Source: the human T2T-CHM13v2.0 reference genome, Homo sapiens. Taken from it: a stretch of DNA of 64,000 bases. The position numbers and the translations under genes are program-made. Location of the stretch: NCBI RefSeq assembly GCF_009914755.1, contig NC_060929.1. One strand, 5' to 3'. The notes under the pieces were generated by a model. The model was not told the DNA's origin. It worked only from the letters and a program-made list of their open reading frames with translations, and made no database searches. The number at the start of each line of letters is the position of its first letter. Positions within the stretch are counted from its first letter, which is position 1. Shown here one piece after another: positions 26,411-39,679 of the stretch.

Positions 26411-28619
26411 TACATATTGGTGAATATCTAATTTTGTAGTAAGGAAGACATTTCTAAGTCTAAAAGGGACTCTCTCTGGGCCCTAAATTCTGCTCCTGTT
26501 TTCCTGAGTGTTCCTCCTGTTTGTCCACCAAATTTCAAGCATCTGTGAAGGGTTTCCCTCTTGCTCCTCCAGGGCACAGAGATGGGCTGTTGGGGGTAAC
26601 CAATGATACAGCACTCGGGAGCTCACAGCACTTTTCATTATTTGTGCATCCAGAGGAAACACTACTAAATCCCCTTTTTCCTCTCCCAGATATATTAAAG
26701 CCATCCAATGAAGTAAAGCCTGGGTTATGCAATGTTAAATGGGTCCTTTCACAGCTGATTCCAAAAGGCCTCTTGGTCATGAACTGCTTCATCCTTACCT
26801 GTCTATTTAGGTGTTAGCCACAGGTGGCTCACAACCGTGTGGCCAACACTGGTACGTCTGGCTGCTGGAGAAACCCAAATCCCATGGCCAAGCAAGGATT
26901 TAGGCTCCGTCTGCTAAAACCAAAATCAAAGCCGACAGGAGCTATTGGAAATGAGATAAAATGAAATGAGTCACTTGGGGAGTCACCGCACTTCAACTAA
27001 GTGCAAAGGATGAAAAGGAGTAATAAGGTAAAGAGAGGTATAAGAAAGCTAAATTTGGGACTCTTGCAAAAAAGCATAGAATATGGGGATTATTAATTGA
27101 TATTGTAAATCTTTTAGTTTTGCCATCTAATTTCATTTACTCAGATAATGATAGAAGCTTTTCTTGACAGATGTAACAGAGAACAGAATAAATTGGAGAC
27201 ATACTGCTGCGAAATTAGATTACATTTAAATGTTGGCTATTCTTTTTAAAATTCTGTTTTTAAAAATAGTTTTATAATCATGTAAGTCATTCTAGGATCC
27301 TTATGTTCTCTTTATCCAAAACCATATTTAAATATCAAGACTTTTGTGCTTGTTTGGATTTAGGGGAAAAAATAAGTGGTTCACTTGTGACCATGTTAAA
27401 AAAAAAAAAGCAAGACTTTTCTCTCTGTAGATACCTTAATAGTTTAAGTGTGTTGCCTGGTTTTCTGTCATCAGAAAAGGTGAAATATTACACAAAATTA
27501 TTTGACAAGACCATACCATAGTTTCATAATAATACCAAAAGTAATGAACATTATGGTGTGGACAAAGTCAGCCCACAGGAATCCATAATGTAAATGTGGT
27601 TATGTGTAATATATAGAGAAAAGGGTCCAGTATGTTTTTGCTTCTAGGCATTTAAAAAGTTTGGTATTAATTTATCTTAACCATTAATATAGTCAAGACT
27701 CTTATTATTTATTTCTGTAATTGGTTTTTGAAATATTTTAACATTAGAAAAATAAATAATATTCAAATGGAAAAAGTGGTTGCTTTTCAAATCCATGGAT
27801 TCTTATATTTTAAAGGTAATTCAGTTTTATCATGATTTCATACACATCTTCAAAATTATAGTAGGCAAATTTTGGAATGATTTTGTTTTTAGCTTTTGAA
27901 ATTGCTCACGTGATTACTGGTGACGTTATTTAATTAGAATAGTTTATGGAATTATACATAATTCAGTTGATCACTATCTAAAGCGTGCAGTTTACATTTT
28001 TTAAGGGGAAGTAAAATATTTGTGAGTTGGTATACCTATGTCAGAAAACTCAGAGACAGAACTTTGTTTTTTTGGCTTTTTATGCAATGAAACTTGTTTG
28101 TAACTTACTACTCCTAAGATGATACTCTTGCAATTTTTGTATAACACCACCCTTTCAGCATAGGTTCTATCAGAAAGTTTAAGAAAGTAATGATCACATT
28201 TATGATTCTGCACATGAACAGGACAGGTGATGTGAACATACAGTCGGGAAACTTAAGTTGGCACCTCCCATCCATGGGCTACTTACCATGAATGAGTCTT
28301 CTGAGGCCTTTTATTTTAATTTGATCATTTTCAAACTAGGTCTAATATTTAATGTCTCTTATCTGTCTACCTCAAAGTACTAAAAATACTCATTTTGATC
28401 ATGTCGATGGTTATACAGCAACTGTATAAGTCTCCATCCTTCCTATAATACTCTCTCTAGGGCTAGAGAGTTAGAGGGAAGAAGTGGGGCACCACATCTC
28501 AGCCATGAGCCCTCAAACCAGGAGAGCCAGATGTTCCAGCTCTGGGCAAAAACCCAGGAAGGCAATCCACGCATAGAATCAAACACACCTAGGTTAGAAG
28601 TCATTGGATATTATGCCTC

Positions 28620-29130
28620 TGAGTTTTTGCCAAGGACTAGTAAAAATGGTGTTTCATTTTAATTTATTTGCATTTTCCTGGCTGCTGGTGAGACTGGGTT
28701 TCTGTTTACACATTTACTGGCCATTTGGATTTCCTTGTCTTTGAAGTAAATTTTTCAATCTTCTTATCCATAGCATTGTTTTCCTTTTCAATTTGTAGAA
28801 GTTACATATTTAATAGGAATGTTTAACTTTTACTTTTAATATGTGTCACAAGTATATTTATCCAAGCTTGCCATTTTTCTTTTGCCTTTGTTTACAGTGG
28901 CATTCACTACTCAATTTAAACATGCGGTATGCACATATGGCTCTTTCTTCTTATTGCCTTTAGGTTTCAGTCTTGTTTAGAAAAGTATCTCCCATTGCCA
29001 ATATTACAAAGAGGGTCGCCTAAATAGTTATTAGTGTATTTTTGCTTTTTAATTCAAATATAATTCATCTGGAATTCATTTTTAAATATTATGAAAACAG
29101 ACTCTAGAAATGTTTTCTTTCAGATGGAAG
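28620..29130 (-). mobile_element. Ancient L1M fragment
   Basis: GTGTTTCATTTTAATTTATTTGCATTTTCCTGGCTGCTGGTGAG...TTTACTGGCCATTTGGATTTCC...TAATTCATCTGGAATTCATTTT. Confidence 0.65.
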
Positions 29131-29555
29131 CTGATATCGTTGGATGAATAAAAAAAGATTCTATAGTAAAAAAACTTTGTTATTAATAATGATGGGTGAA
29201 CTAAATGAGGAATAGATTAAAATAGAATGTTTCAGCACCTATAGGCAAATAAAATATAATTCGATTGAAAGAAAATAAAATCTGGAGACATGGCAATGGA
29301 GACTCCCAGTGGGAAGACGTAATGCCCAGCAGTGCCCATTCTTTCCTACCTATTGTACTAGGGGAACTGGAAAAAAAAAATGGTAAAATTTACAAAAAAT
29401 AAAAAGTCTTGAGAATATATAAGAAAACTATAAGATAAGTAAAATAGTAAGGAAGACCTTCCTTCCGTGTAATGATAACATACTGTGAAATCAAGGTTGG
29501 TATTGATGCCAAAACAATCATCAGTTAACTGTTACCCTGTCAATAAACATAAACA

Positions 29556-30125
29556 GAGGAAAATTCTGAAGGAGAGAAGTTTTGGAATAAATTAAATTTG
29601 AACAAAAACTGGGCTTCATCTTGTACCAGGCAATGAAGAAAACCCTCCTTTAACTGTGTAGAACATGAAGCACCCCCCAGCCCACTACAGCACCTCTATT
29701 AAATAGTAATGAAGGATGACTTATTTCCTTCAGAAGACAAAACTTAAGGAAAAAGAGAATTCCTCCTGGGATTGTGCGATTTACCATGTTGTATGTGATA
29801 GAATGCATAGCTTGAGGTTTTATGTTACTCACGTTTTATAGGTAGATATTTTTGGCACCAAACCTTGTATATCTGAGAGATAAAATGCACATAGGTTTGG
29901 GGACCAATAGCAGGAGGGAGAGCTGTGGAAGCAGCTGCCCAGCGCCCTCTGGGGGATGAGCGCAAATCGAGGAAAACCTTGAAGGAGTGAAGTTTTAGAA
30001 TGAAGTAAATTTGAACAAAAATTCTGGGCTTCATCTGGGACTAGGCAATGGAGAAAATCCTACTTTAATTATATAGAGCACCAAAGACACCCACACACAA
30101 CCCACGCACAAAAGTACCTCTATAT
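29556..30125 (+). repeat. Diverged direct duplication of about 150 bp (29556-29700 and 29969-30125)
   Basis: Both copies share GAGGAAAA..TGAAGGAG.GAAGTTTT.GAAT.AA.TAAATTTGAACAAAAA..CTGGGCTTCATCT...AGGCAATG.AGAAAA.CCT.CTTTAA...ACCTCTAT. Confidence 0.85.
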
Positions 30126-30479
30126 TATTTCAGTGTAAAGTGTGAAACTAGCTCATGAACAGGACATGTGACAAGAAAGTGAACTTGTCTTGCAGGAGTT
30201 TTAATTAAAGAGGTTGTTGGCTTGATCCTGGCCAAGGCCGTTCGCATGCAAACAGAAAAGGCGTGGAGTCTGGGATCTTCCTCTGCCAACCCCATGAGCG
30301 TATTCATTTCTCTCCTCCTGTAATGTCACACAGGACTTTGTTACCAACAGGGATGGAGCGTAGGAGAAAGAAGGAAAGGATAGGATGAGAAAAAAAAAAT
30401 AGCCAAAATCTGCTAAAACTCACTCAAAAAGAAGAGACTGGGACTGTCCTTGTTATGGAATACTGACCCAAACAGATAC

Positions 30480-31560
30480 ATATCCATTCAAAAATATCCA
30501 TTCAACATAGATTAGCTAAATGCCCCCAGGTCCTTTTTCAAGATGTTGGGGAAAGCTATACATACAAATGATAAAAACTCTGTTCTCATGACACATTCTA
30601 ATTGGGGGAAGATGAGACAATAGACAAACGTGAAAAAAAAAATAACATGACAGAGTGTCACACTTCTGTAAGAAGAAAAGTAAAGCAGGAAACGCTATAC
30701 AGAGCTGGAGAGAGGAGATGTAAAAGTGTCATTTGAGCTGAGAACTGAAGGATGCAGATACTTGGGTTAAGAGAACTCTAGGTACAAAGTGCAAGAAAAC
30801 CAGTGTACAGTACAAGAAAAAGCAAGCCAGCCCTGAGATTGGAGAGGTGGACGTGGGTGGACCACAAATAGCTTGGGAAGTGTGTTAAAGGCGCTGACTT
30901 TTGCTCTGGGTTGATTTGAGAAGAATTATGAGTAAAAGAATGACATGGTCTGACTTTCATCCAATCTGGCACTGGTTACAGTGCCGAGATGAGACAGGTG
31001 GAGACAAGGACAGGGCCTCAAGGGCAGTTTAGAGGCCACTGCAAATCCAGACGAGAGGTGATGGTGGCTTGGACCTGGGCATTAGTGATGGAAGTGGTAG
31101 GAGGTATTCAGTATGTGAGCCACACACATTGAAATATCTAAATACACCAACTAATCTGATGTGGAGAATGAGAGAGAGCCAGAGGCAGCTCATAGGACCC
31201 CAAGGTTTGGGGGATGTTGGGCAGATGTGTACCAGGTCAACCTTTGAAAGTAAAGGAAGTTGAGAAGCTCAAATACCATTCGAGAGAAAGCTCCAGATGT
31301 TTTCTAGCTTTTGAAACAATAAACAGTATTTTGCTGAAATGTCCCAGTTTGTAAGTAGCCAGGAACTCTTGTGTGACCCTCTCCACAGCACCTTCCTTGC
31401 ACATTGCAGTCTTTAATTAGTTATTGACTTAATTAATGAGTTTATGCATTTGTTGTTATTGTCCCCAACCAAAACATAAATCTTGATGAGAGCAGGGGAC
31501 TTGTCTGTCTTGTCCTCAATAAAATGTTTGATGAACAAATGACCAAATAAATAAAACGTC
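30480..31560. mobile_element. L2 fragments
   Basis: L2-like ATCCATTCAAC..., CAAATCCAGACGAGAGGTGATGGTGGCTTGGACC, GAGAGCAGGGGACTTGTCTGTCTTGT...CTCAATAAAATGTTTGATGAA. Confidence 0.65.
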
Positions 31561-32464
31561 ACCAGGTGGGTAGGATTTTCTATATTTGGGAAACATTCAT
31601 CCAAAAGAAAGGATATAAAATTATGGAAGAAAAATATCCAAAGCTCTTATGTAAAGAGCTGGCCCCGTTAGCCTCTTAGACTAACATCATGAACCTTATT
31701 TCATAGCAGGAAGAAAGATTATGTCTAAGGAAGAACGGAGCCTCAAGGGCAGCTTCAAAGGACAGAGTCCAGAGCCTGCTTTTAAATGCTATCTGTTCAT
31801 GCTTCTCTAAGCCAATTATTTGACATATTGGTATATCATTCTAAATTGGTTTGCCTTCCCTTCCCCTTTTAATCTGTTTTCTTTGTCCTTCAAGGCAAAG
31901 TGGTTTACAAAGGGATAGTGGTTTTGTTCATTAGCTAATTATAATTATTCCCTTATAATGACCACGTTGCAACAGGTACCCAAACACCTGATCACACCCC
32001 AGTGCAAGTTCTTTGAAATAAAGTAGGAATAAATTTAAAAACAATAGAGTTACTATTAAAGAATGAGTCAATACTAGCTTCGCTTTTCTTAAAATTAAAT
32101 AGCACATTCCTTATTGGCCATTGCTAATTTTGGAGCATTTATTTTAATACTTATATACTGTATTAATATTTTAATGAGTCATTACCTGTAAACCTTTGTT
32201 GTGTTAATGTTTAAGCCTTCAAACTATTTTGGAGCATTTAAATCTATTTTTTCCAAATATACATGAAATGATATTAGTTCCTGGCTTTATTTTTAAAAAC
32301 ATAGCATGAACCTTCAAGGAACAACCATCCTGTTATTTTCTTTTATCTCACATATCTTCTTGTCGGAGAGAGAAATTCCCCTCTAATGTTCAAAACTTAG
32401 GAGTGTTTGACATCTCCTAAGCTCTGATGTCTCTACATTACAAGTGACTTAATTTGTAAATATA

Positions 32465-32808
32465 ATCATCTCTTAGTAGCCAAAGGAGATTTGTTACCAG
32501 ACCCCCCACCTCACAGATACCCAAATCTGTGTTGCTGAAGTCTCTGATATAAAATGGTGTAATTTTTGCATACAGCCTGTGCACATCCTCTTGGATACAT
32601 TAAATCACCTCTAGGCTGCTTATAATATCGAATACAATGTAAATGCCATGTAAATAGTTGGCATACTCTATTGTTTAGGGAATTATGACAAGAAAAAGTC
32701 TGTACATATTAAGTACACACTCAACATACATCTTTTAAGAAATATTTTTGATCTGCAGTTGGTTGAATCCACAGATGTGGAACCCATGGATATGGAGGGC
32801 TGACTATA
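32465..32808. mobile_element. MER2 (TcMar-Tigger)
   Basis: GATACCCAAATCTG...ATAAAATGGTGTAATTTTTGCATA...GTTGGTTGAATCCACAGATGTGGAACCCATGGATATGGAGGGCTGACTATA. Confidence 0.88.
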
Positions 32809-33369
32809 GTAGCAAATTATATAGACATATGAGAAATTTTATATGGTGATGCTAGTTTAATATAATCCTTTCTTAGGATTATATTAAATTATAGGATTAT
32901 ATTAAATATATACTGAGGAATTTATTTATTTTCTGTCTCTTCCAGTCTTCCATAGTGGGTAAGCTGTCTATCATAGTTCCTCTTGCAGGTACAAAATAAT
33001 TTTTTAATGTTCATTTCTCAAATGGATAACTAGACACACAAAATGATAACAGCCTTGCCAATGGATACTTTTTGATGATACCCAAATGCCCGATCCAAAA
33101 ACTCCCCCCCCCCACCAGTTAGCTCTGGGGTATCAGAACCCAAGGCAATACGAAACTCCAGGTCCACACGAATAAGTATCTCCACCGTTTCCTCACTAAC
33201 AATACAGTTGTTATTTACAATGGAGTGATCCAATTACTTGAGTGATTAGTTTGTCAAAGGAGTTGTCTTCTAGTGAGTTGAGAAAATGTGAACAATAACG
33301 AAATACCTAAAATGACAACAAAATTTCTAAAAATTAAGAGTGTAATTCCCTCATCTGAGGCAAGTGAGT

Positions 33370-33560
33370 GGGTGGCTGAGCTGGGAGCTCTGGAGTCAGG
33401 CTGTGCAGTTCCCTGGAGATCCCCGGGGAGGTCACCTCACACCTTTTTCCTCACATCTTCATCTTTAAGGTGGGAGTTAAACCCGTTAAGTGAATGAATA
33501 AATATACAGCGCTGGAAACAGTGCCTGGCACTCAGTAAAAGCTGCATCTACCCCACCTGT
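33370..33560 (+). mobile_element. MIR SINE
   Basis: GCTCTGGAGTCAGGCTG...TTTCCTCACATCT...AACAGTGCCTGGCACTCAGTAA. Confidence 0.7.
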
Positions 33561-34320
33561 GTTGTTGCTGTTGCTACTATTGTTATTGTAATTATTTTAG
33601 TATTGTTATTAACTAGTACTCATGGAATTAGATGCCACAGACAATGTAATCTCAAGGTTGGGGCCTATACTGAATCAGTAAATTAGAGTAGTCGTTGTTT
33701 TAAAAAATTTAGTCCTCATTTCACTTCAAACAGGAATTAAGAAGGGCTACATATAAATGATACAGCCAAGTTAAACATATTTCTACAAGTAAGAAAGGGA
33801 GTCCAGGAAAACTAGTGAATGAGGAAGTACAGCTCCATGAGCCACTTTTTGAGCTCCTGTAAGAACCCAAAAGATTTGTCTCAGGTTGCAGGTATCCAGG
33901 GAGCAAAATCCAGAAATTTCTATTTATCTTGGTCTTTTTTTTAGCTGTCTGAAGGGCAAGGAAACAATATTAGGCTTTTACTTGCTCCTTCTTTGCTCTG
34001 CCAGCTGCTATTTCTGGCTTATGCCTGAAGGCAGGAGAAGGAATGGCAGCAGGGCCAGGGTGAGGCCAGGGCTGCGGTTTGGGCTGGATTCAAAGCAAAC
34101 GTTCTAGCCAGTGCAGGCAGAAGCTGCACAGAGACCTCTTTGAGAAGTTGGGCACCTCAGGCTGCGCCCAGCTGGGTCCAGAGGCCCCCTCTCCAGGGAG
34201 CAGAAGGTTGAGCTGCAGTGAGATGCTTCTAGGCTCCTGCTGCTTACAGGGTTTAACCCTGCCATCCACGATGCTTCCCTTCAGGAGCAGTAGAATAGGC
34301 AGGGTAAAGAATGCAGTAGT

Positions 34321-34627
34321 GGCCAGGCGCAGTGGCTCACGCCTGTAATCCCAGAACTTTGGGAGGCCAAGGTGGGTGGATCACTTAAGCCCAGGAGTGC
34401 AAGATGAGCCTGAGCAACATGACAAAAACCCATCTGTATAAAAAAACTTTAAAACTTAGCAGGGCATGGTAGCCTGTACCTATAGTCCCAGCTACTCGGG
34501 AGGCTGAGGTGGGAGGATTACTTGAGCCTGGGATGTTGAGGCTGCAGTGAGCCATGATTGCATGATTGCACCACTGTACTCCAGCCTGGGTGACAGACTG
34601 AGACCCTGCCTCAAAAACAAACAAAAA
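34321..34627 (+). mobile_element. AluJ, full length, with an internal 8-bp duplication (CATGATTG x2)
   Basis: J-type GGGAGGATTACTTGAGCCTGGG...GAGGCTGCAGTGAGCCATGATTG; GCAGTAGT on both flanks. Confidence 0.92.
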
Positions 34628-35237
34628 GCAGTAGTAGCGTAGAGCTGGAATAGACATTCATTCATTCGTTCTCACCCACTCACCCCTTGATAATTCATAG
34701 AACACCTGTGTACCTTGCCCTGTGCTTGGGGGTGGAAAAATCCTTGCAATGTCTTACTGGCAAATTCTACTGAAGGAGCTTTCCTCTCCAGTGGGCAATC
34801 CAGCCCCCAGCCAGGCCCTGGAACATGCCCAGCACAACGTATACATAGATCAAACACTACATAGAACACATAAATGTACATAATTATTAGTGGTCAACTG
34901 AAATACAAGATACGCATGGTGTGGTGGAGTGCATGAGAGAGGCCACCTTTTGCAGCTTGGGCTGGACTGGGAGCTAAAAAGCTTTCGTCTTTTAGTGCCT
35001 CCTGTGCTGAGTCCTACAGTCACTTCCGTAGTGGCCAAACGTTAGAGAAAGGGAAAGGTGGGAGTGGGAGCAAGGAGGAGGGCAAAGCCTCGAGGCCAGA
35101 CTCGTGGGTAACCTCACCTCAGAAGCAAGGTGGCTGCAGGGTAGGGGTGAGCCTAAATATGGACTTCTAGAGAAAGCCTGAGTCCCACCATCAAGGACAT
35201 CCTATACTATTTTAAGAAGTTCACTACTGTACTTGAC

Positions 35238-35395
35238 CTTGTAGTTCTTAAAGTATGGCTCATGGGCTACCAGTAACATAATCCCCTTGGAGGTTAATTG
35301 CAATGCACATTTTTGTACTATATCTCAAACAGATCAGAATTTTCTGTGGGGGGTTCTGGAATTTTGTATTCTAAACACACATCCTTGGTCTTCAT
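35238..35395. mobile_element. MER5-like hAT fragment
   Basis: TAGTTCTTAAAGTATGG...ATCAGAATTTCTGTGGGGG...TTGTATTCTAAAC. Confidence 0.5.
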
Positions 35396-35879
35396 TATAC
35401 ATAGGGTAGTTGGAGGCCCTGACCTGAAGGCAGTGGAGAATTGCTGGAGAATTCGAGGCAGAGGGCTGCTAGGTGTGGGTGCTGGGGGTGTGAGTTGTTT
35501 CCAGTGGACACACGATAGGATTGTGCTTCCCAGCCCCGTTGCGCTCAGGTGACTTGATTTCCAGTGAAACGTGAGCAGCAGTGATGTGTGACACCTCCCG
35601 AAAGAGCCACTGCATCGTCTCCCCTCTGACAGTGATTGTGGACACCTGCATTGAGATGAAGCCCATGTCAGCCTGGGTCTCCCAGGTGCCTTCATTAAGC
35701 AGAGCTCTCCCCACCCTCTGTTGGAATCCATGGTGGACTTCAGAGTTGAAGGAGACGTGGACATTTTTTGTGTGAAGATGCTGAGATCTGGGAGCTGCTC
35801 ATTGCCACAGCATTGCCCCACATGTCCTGACTGAGGCAGGTGGTCTTGCGCTCATTTGCTGCATTTTGGTGACTTCTGA

Positions 35880-36069
35880 CAGATGGATTTGTGTAGGGAC
35901 AGCCAAGGGGCAGGTAGATTTGTGCAGGGACAGCCCCCGGGGACAGATGGATTTGTACAGGGACAGCCCAGGAGCAGCTGGATTTGTGCAGGGATAGCCC
36001 GGGGCAGATGGATTTGTACAGGGACAGCCCAAGGACAGATAGATTTGAGTAGGGACAGCCCAGGGGCAG
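35880..36069. repeat. 31-bp minisatellite, 6 copies
   Basis: Consensus CAGATGGATTTGTRCAGGGACAGCCCAGGGG; units of 30-33 bp. Confidence 0.93.
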
Positions 36070-36074
36070 TACGA

Positions 36075-37950
36075 GTTTTTTTGTGAGAATCCAGAGTTGA
36101 TTGAGAAATAGAGTAGGAGAAGCAGGAATGAAAAGGGGAGGACACAGATTTAAGGGATATTTTGTGAACAAAACTGAGAGCTTACTGACTGTTGATGAGT
36201 GGTGTGGGAAAAGGATAGGTCAAGGAGGAATGTCCTGTTGCTAGTTTCAGTGATTGGGTAGTGGGAGGAGACACCAAATGCATAGAGAGAATGGAGGCAG
36301 GATAATTTTAGGGAAGGAAGATGGGGAATTCCTTTTGTCCATATTCTAGAATGTGCGTGAGGCCACCAGGTAGATAGCAGGCAGCTGGCTGTGATTGATC
36401 ATCTGAATTATGGAAGGAAGGGGGTCTGGGCTGGAGACACAGATTTGGAGGACATTACACTGTGGGGGATTGTATCAACCATGGGAGCCAACACAGTCAC
36501 TTAGATGAGATCTTGTGAGAGTAAAGGCACGATCCTAGAGGGTTTCAAGGTGTGTGGAGCTAGAGGAGCAGAAGAGTCGCAAGGAATCATCAGTGAAAGA
36601 AGATCTCAAAGTGCAGTATGGAAAGAGGTCGCCAAATAGGAGGAAGGAATTAGAAATGTCAAAAGTCTCCAAGAAACACAGGAACAATGTATATAAAGGC
36701 TTAAAAATGCTCCTGGGATTTGGCAATTGGAAAGGTTGTCATTGACTTCATCGTGCATATAAAGGAATCCCGGTGGGCAGTGAGTTAAAGGGTGGAAAGG
36801 GAGGAAGGAGCATAGACCACATTATCAGCAGGTGGGCAACACAAGGAGCACCCAGGCAGTTTGTTGAAAGCAGGTTCCTGTGCTGGGTCCTGGGATGCTG
36901 ACTCACTGGGTTCTATGTGGGATGGACTTCAGGGTTCTGCAAAGCTTCCCTGAGGAAATATGGTGCACACCTGAAACTGGAACTGACTTCTCTTTCAAGA
37001 AACTTGATAGAGATAAAGAGGGAAGGCATGGAGTGGAATCTGGAGAAATGCAAGCATCCCCCTCAGTGGCCAAATCAATGGGAGAGAGGGAAGGGATGGA
37101 GCTGTAGTGAGGCTCCAGAGGAAGTTTCTGGGAAGGGTGTTGGGTCAAGGTGGAGAGGTTGTCCTTGAACAGGAGGGCACAGTGGACTGGAGAAACTGGT
37201 ATGGACATGGCTACAAATGTAATTGGAGCCATTGGCAAAACCTTGAGGAACTAAAGGATGGCCTCAGTCTTCTAGAAGTAGAAAGCACAACTGTCTCAAG
37301 GCACAAAGGCAAGGGCTGAGACAGGGGAGACTGGAGAGGGTCTGAGATGGTCTCAGAGGGAGACGAAAGTGAGAGGAAGGCTGTACTTAGTGACTTGCTG
37401 GTGGTGCTGAAAGCATGCTGAGATTGGAGACCATGAGGCTGGAGTGGCTCAGTCTCAACATCCATGGGGAATCCTCTGGAATTGTGCTTTGAGCAGAAGA
37501 ATGGATAAGATAATGGCATCCATCAGTGATTCATGACTGGCTGGGCACAGTGCAGGTGGTCACCAGGGGTCTGGTGGGTAAATTCAGACCATCTGTGGTG
37601 AGTTCCCATTAAATAGGCTGATAGATTAGCAGAAAATGGCAGGGTCTGGGGAGCTAGGTCACTGTGAAGTTTAGAGTGAAGCCAGGCCATAGGAGGCTGG
37701 AAAGGCAGAATGGATGATAAGGAATTGGAGATTTCTGAGAATAGGTTCATGTAATCAGAAAGTTCAGAATTATGGCCTTGGCAATTGGGATGAAGGTCAC
37801 TGGTGTTACAAATTTTCAAGAATTTTTGGGTGGATTATGTTCATGAATTTTGAAATCCTTTAAAATCTCTTGGAAGCTGGTACCATAGAGGCCTCTAGAC
37901 CAGTCTCAAAGCCTTCAGTGGATGATGTTGGAATTGGAATTCAGGATGAC
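36075..37950 (-). mobile_element. Long degenerate L2 remnant (3' tail fragment near 34655)
   Basis: Purine-rich L2-like segments (GGTCTGGGCTGGAGACACAGATTTGGAG, GGATTTGGCAATTGGAAAGGTTGTCATTGACTT); (CATT)n tail at 34655. Confidence 0.55.
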
Positions 37951-38648
37951 TGACTCAGTCCCGTCTTTCCCAGGGTGAAGGACGGAGCCACGTGGTCAAA
38001 GCCTTTGCCCAAGACTCAAGGCCAGAGTTCCCTCATTGTCCCTCACCACCTGATCCAGGTTTTTCTTTTGACAGTAGTTTTTGAGGCCAATTTAATATTA
38101 AGTTATTAATAGCTCAATTTTAAACAAATATCGTGATGAATTAAAAAGAAAAAAAAACTGTGGAGGAAATTCAGGAACAGCCAACTCCATCACACTTGCA
38201 TATACCTCAGGCCTCTGTACAGGGCAAAAGTCAGTTAAAGGGACATTTGAAATATCTGGCACTAAGATTTAGGTAGGACGGTAACTTTTGTACAGACTCT
38301 AGAAGTTCACCTATTCCAAACTCTCACCTTCAAGCCATGTTCATATTGAAACTGCATGGAACTAAGCCCCAAGAGGCAAGCTCAGTTTGCCTTAAAGAGA
38401 ATAAGAAACTTCTTAAACAATATGGCCTTCTGCTAAAGGAAAATCACTCATTTAATGAATGAGACAACCCACACCATTATCCAACACAGAAACCTCAGGT
38501 CTGTCATCATGTTCCTTCCAGACCCTTCATTCTTCTCTTCACTCTGTTCCAAGCACCCCATTCTCTCCTTCCCATCCTTCCTTAGGTGTCATGCCTTCCT
38601 GCATTTCCCTCCTGCTCCCTCAGCAGTGATGCATGCTGTGTGCATCAG

Positions 38649-39092
38649 AGTATTCATTCCCTAGGGCTGCTGTAATACATTACTACAAACTTGGTGACTT
38701 ACAACGTGACATTTGCTCTGTCATAGTTCCAAAACCCAGAAGTCCAAAATCAGGGTGTCAGCAGGGCCATGTTCCCTCTGGAGGCTCTACGGGAGGATCT
38801 TCCCTTCTCTCTTCCAGCTTCTGGTGATGCTGGGTGGTCTGTGACTTGTGGCTGCATCACTGCAACCTCTGTCTGTATCTTCACATGGCCTTCTGCACTG
38901 TGTTTTCTCTTCTTAGAAGGACATTTGTCATTGGATTTTGGGTCCACTCTAACCTATGATGATCTTATCTCAAAATCATAAACTTAGTTACATTTGCAAA
39001 GGTACAATTTTTTCCAAGTAAGGTCACATTCACAGGTTCCAAGTGGACATAATTTTTGGTGGAAGAAGGGAGTCACCATTCAAACCACTACA
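38649..39092 (-). mobile_element. MLT1C-like MaLR LTR
   Basis: CCTAGGGCTGCTGTAA...CCAGAAGTCCAAAATCAGGGTGTCAGCAGGGCCATG...AAGGTCACATTCACAGGTTCC...CACCATTCAAACCACTACA. Confidence 0.88.
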
Positions 39093-39679
39093 ATCAAAGA
39101 ATGGCAATTGAGTAAAATCTGCTTCGATTTCCTCCTTTGGTGATACATAACTCTCTTAACCATATAATAGCTCCCTGAGGGAAAGAATGTGTCTTCTATT
39201 TCTATGGCTCTTTCTTGAATGTTCCACCAGGTACACTCCAGGATGTCTTTCCCATTTCAGCTGGATTTGCCTCTTCTCAGCTTGCAGACCTTCATGCACA
39301 GGGCAGCCTCACTCTTACCTTTCAACATTTTGCCCAAGTTCTACCTACAAGAAGTCTCCTCTAGTTGGTTCCACACAATGCTCCATTCACCCTTAAATTC
39401 TCTTGCCAAGAGAAATTCCCTCTTAAATTTCTCTTGGCATTATTGCCTTCATAAAACAGCTAACTTTTCTCAGGTTGGTCTGAATTCCTTCTCTGACTAG
39501 TTTGCCAGTTTATTTAAGGTATGCCACATACATAGCTTTTGTAGGTGGTCTCAATTTATTCATTTGCTTCACACCAAACTCACTGAGCAAACTCCATGTT
39601 AACAGAAGCGTATCCTACAGCATAGGCAAGGCTGTGTTTACTGACTCAATTGGGCTGTTCCAAATATATGAGTCAGCCT

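Noticed and set aside
25990-26423. 141-aa F/S/L-rich and 118-aa K/E/R-rich ORFs
   Set aside because: Translations of the AAAG/GGAA simple repeat.
27548-27592. Inverted repeat ACATTATGG...CCATAATGT as a pre-miRNA or MITE
   Set aside because: Stem is short and interrupted; no recognisable family.
35740-36171. Repetitive ORFs and a CRISPR-like appearance
   Set aside because: Units are head-to-tail with no unique spacers and there are no cas genes; it is a eukaryotic minisatellite.
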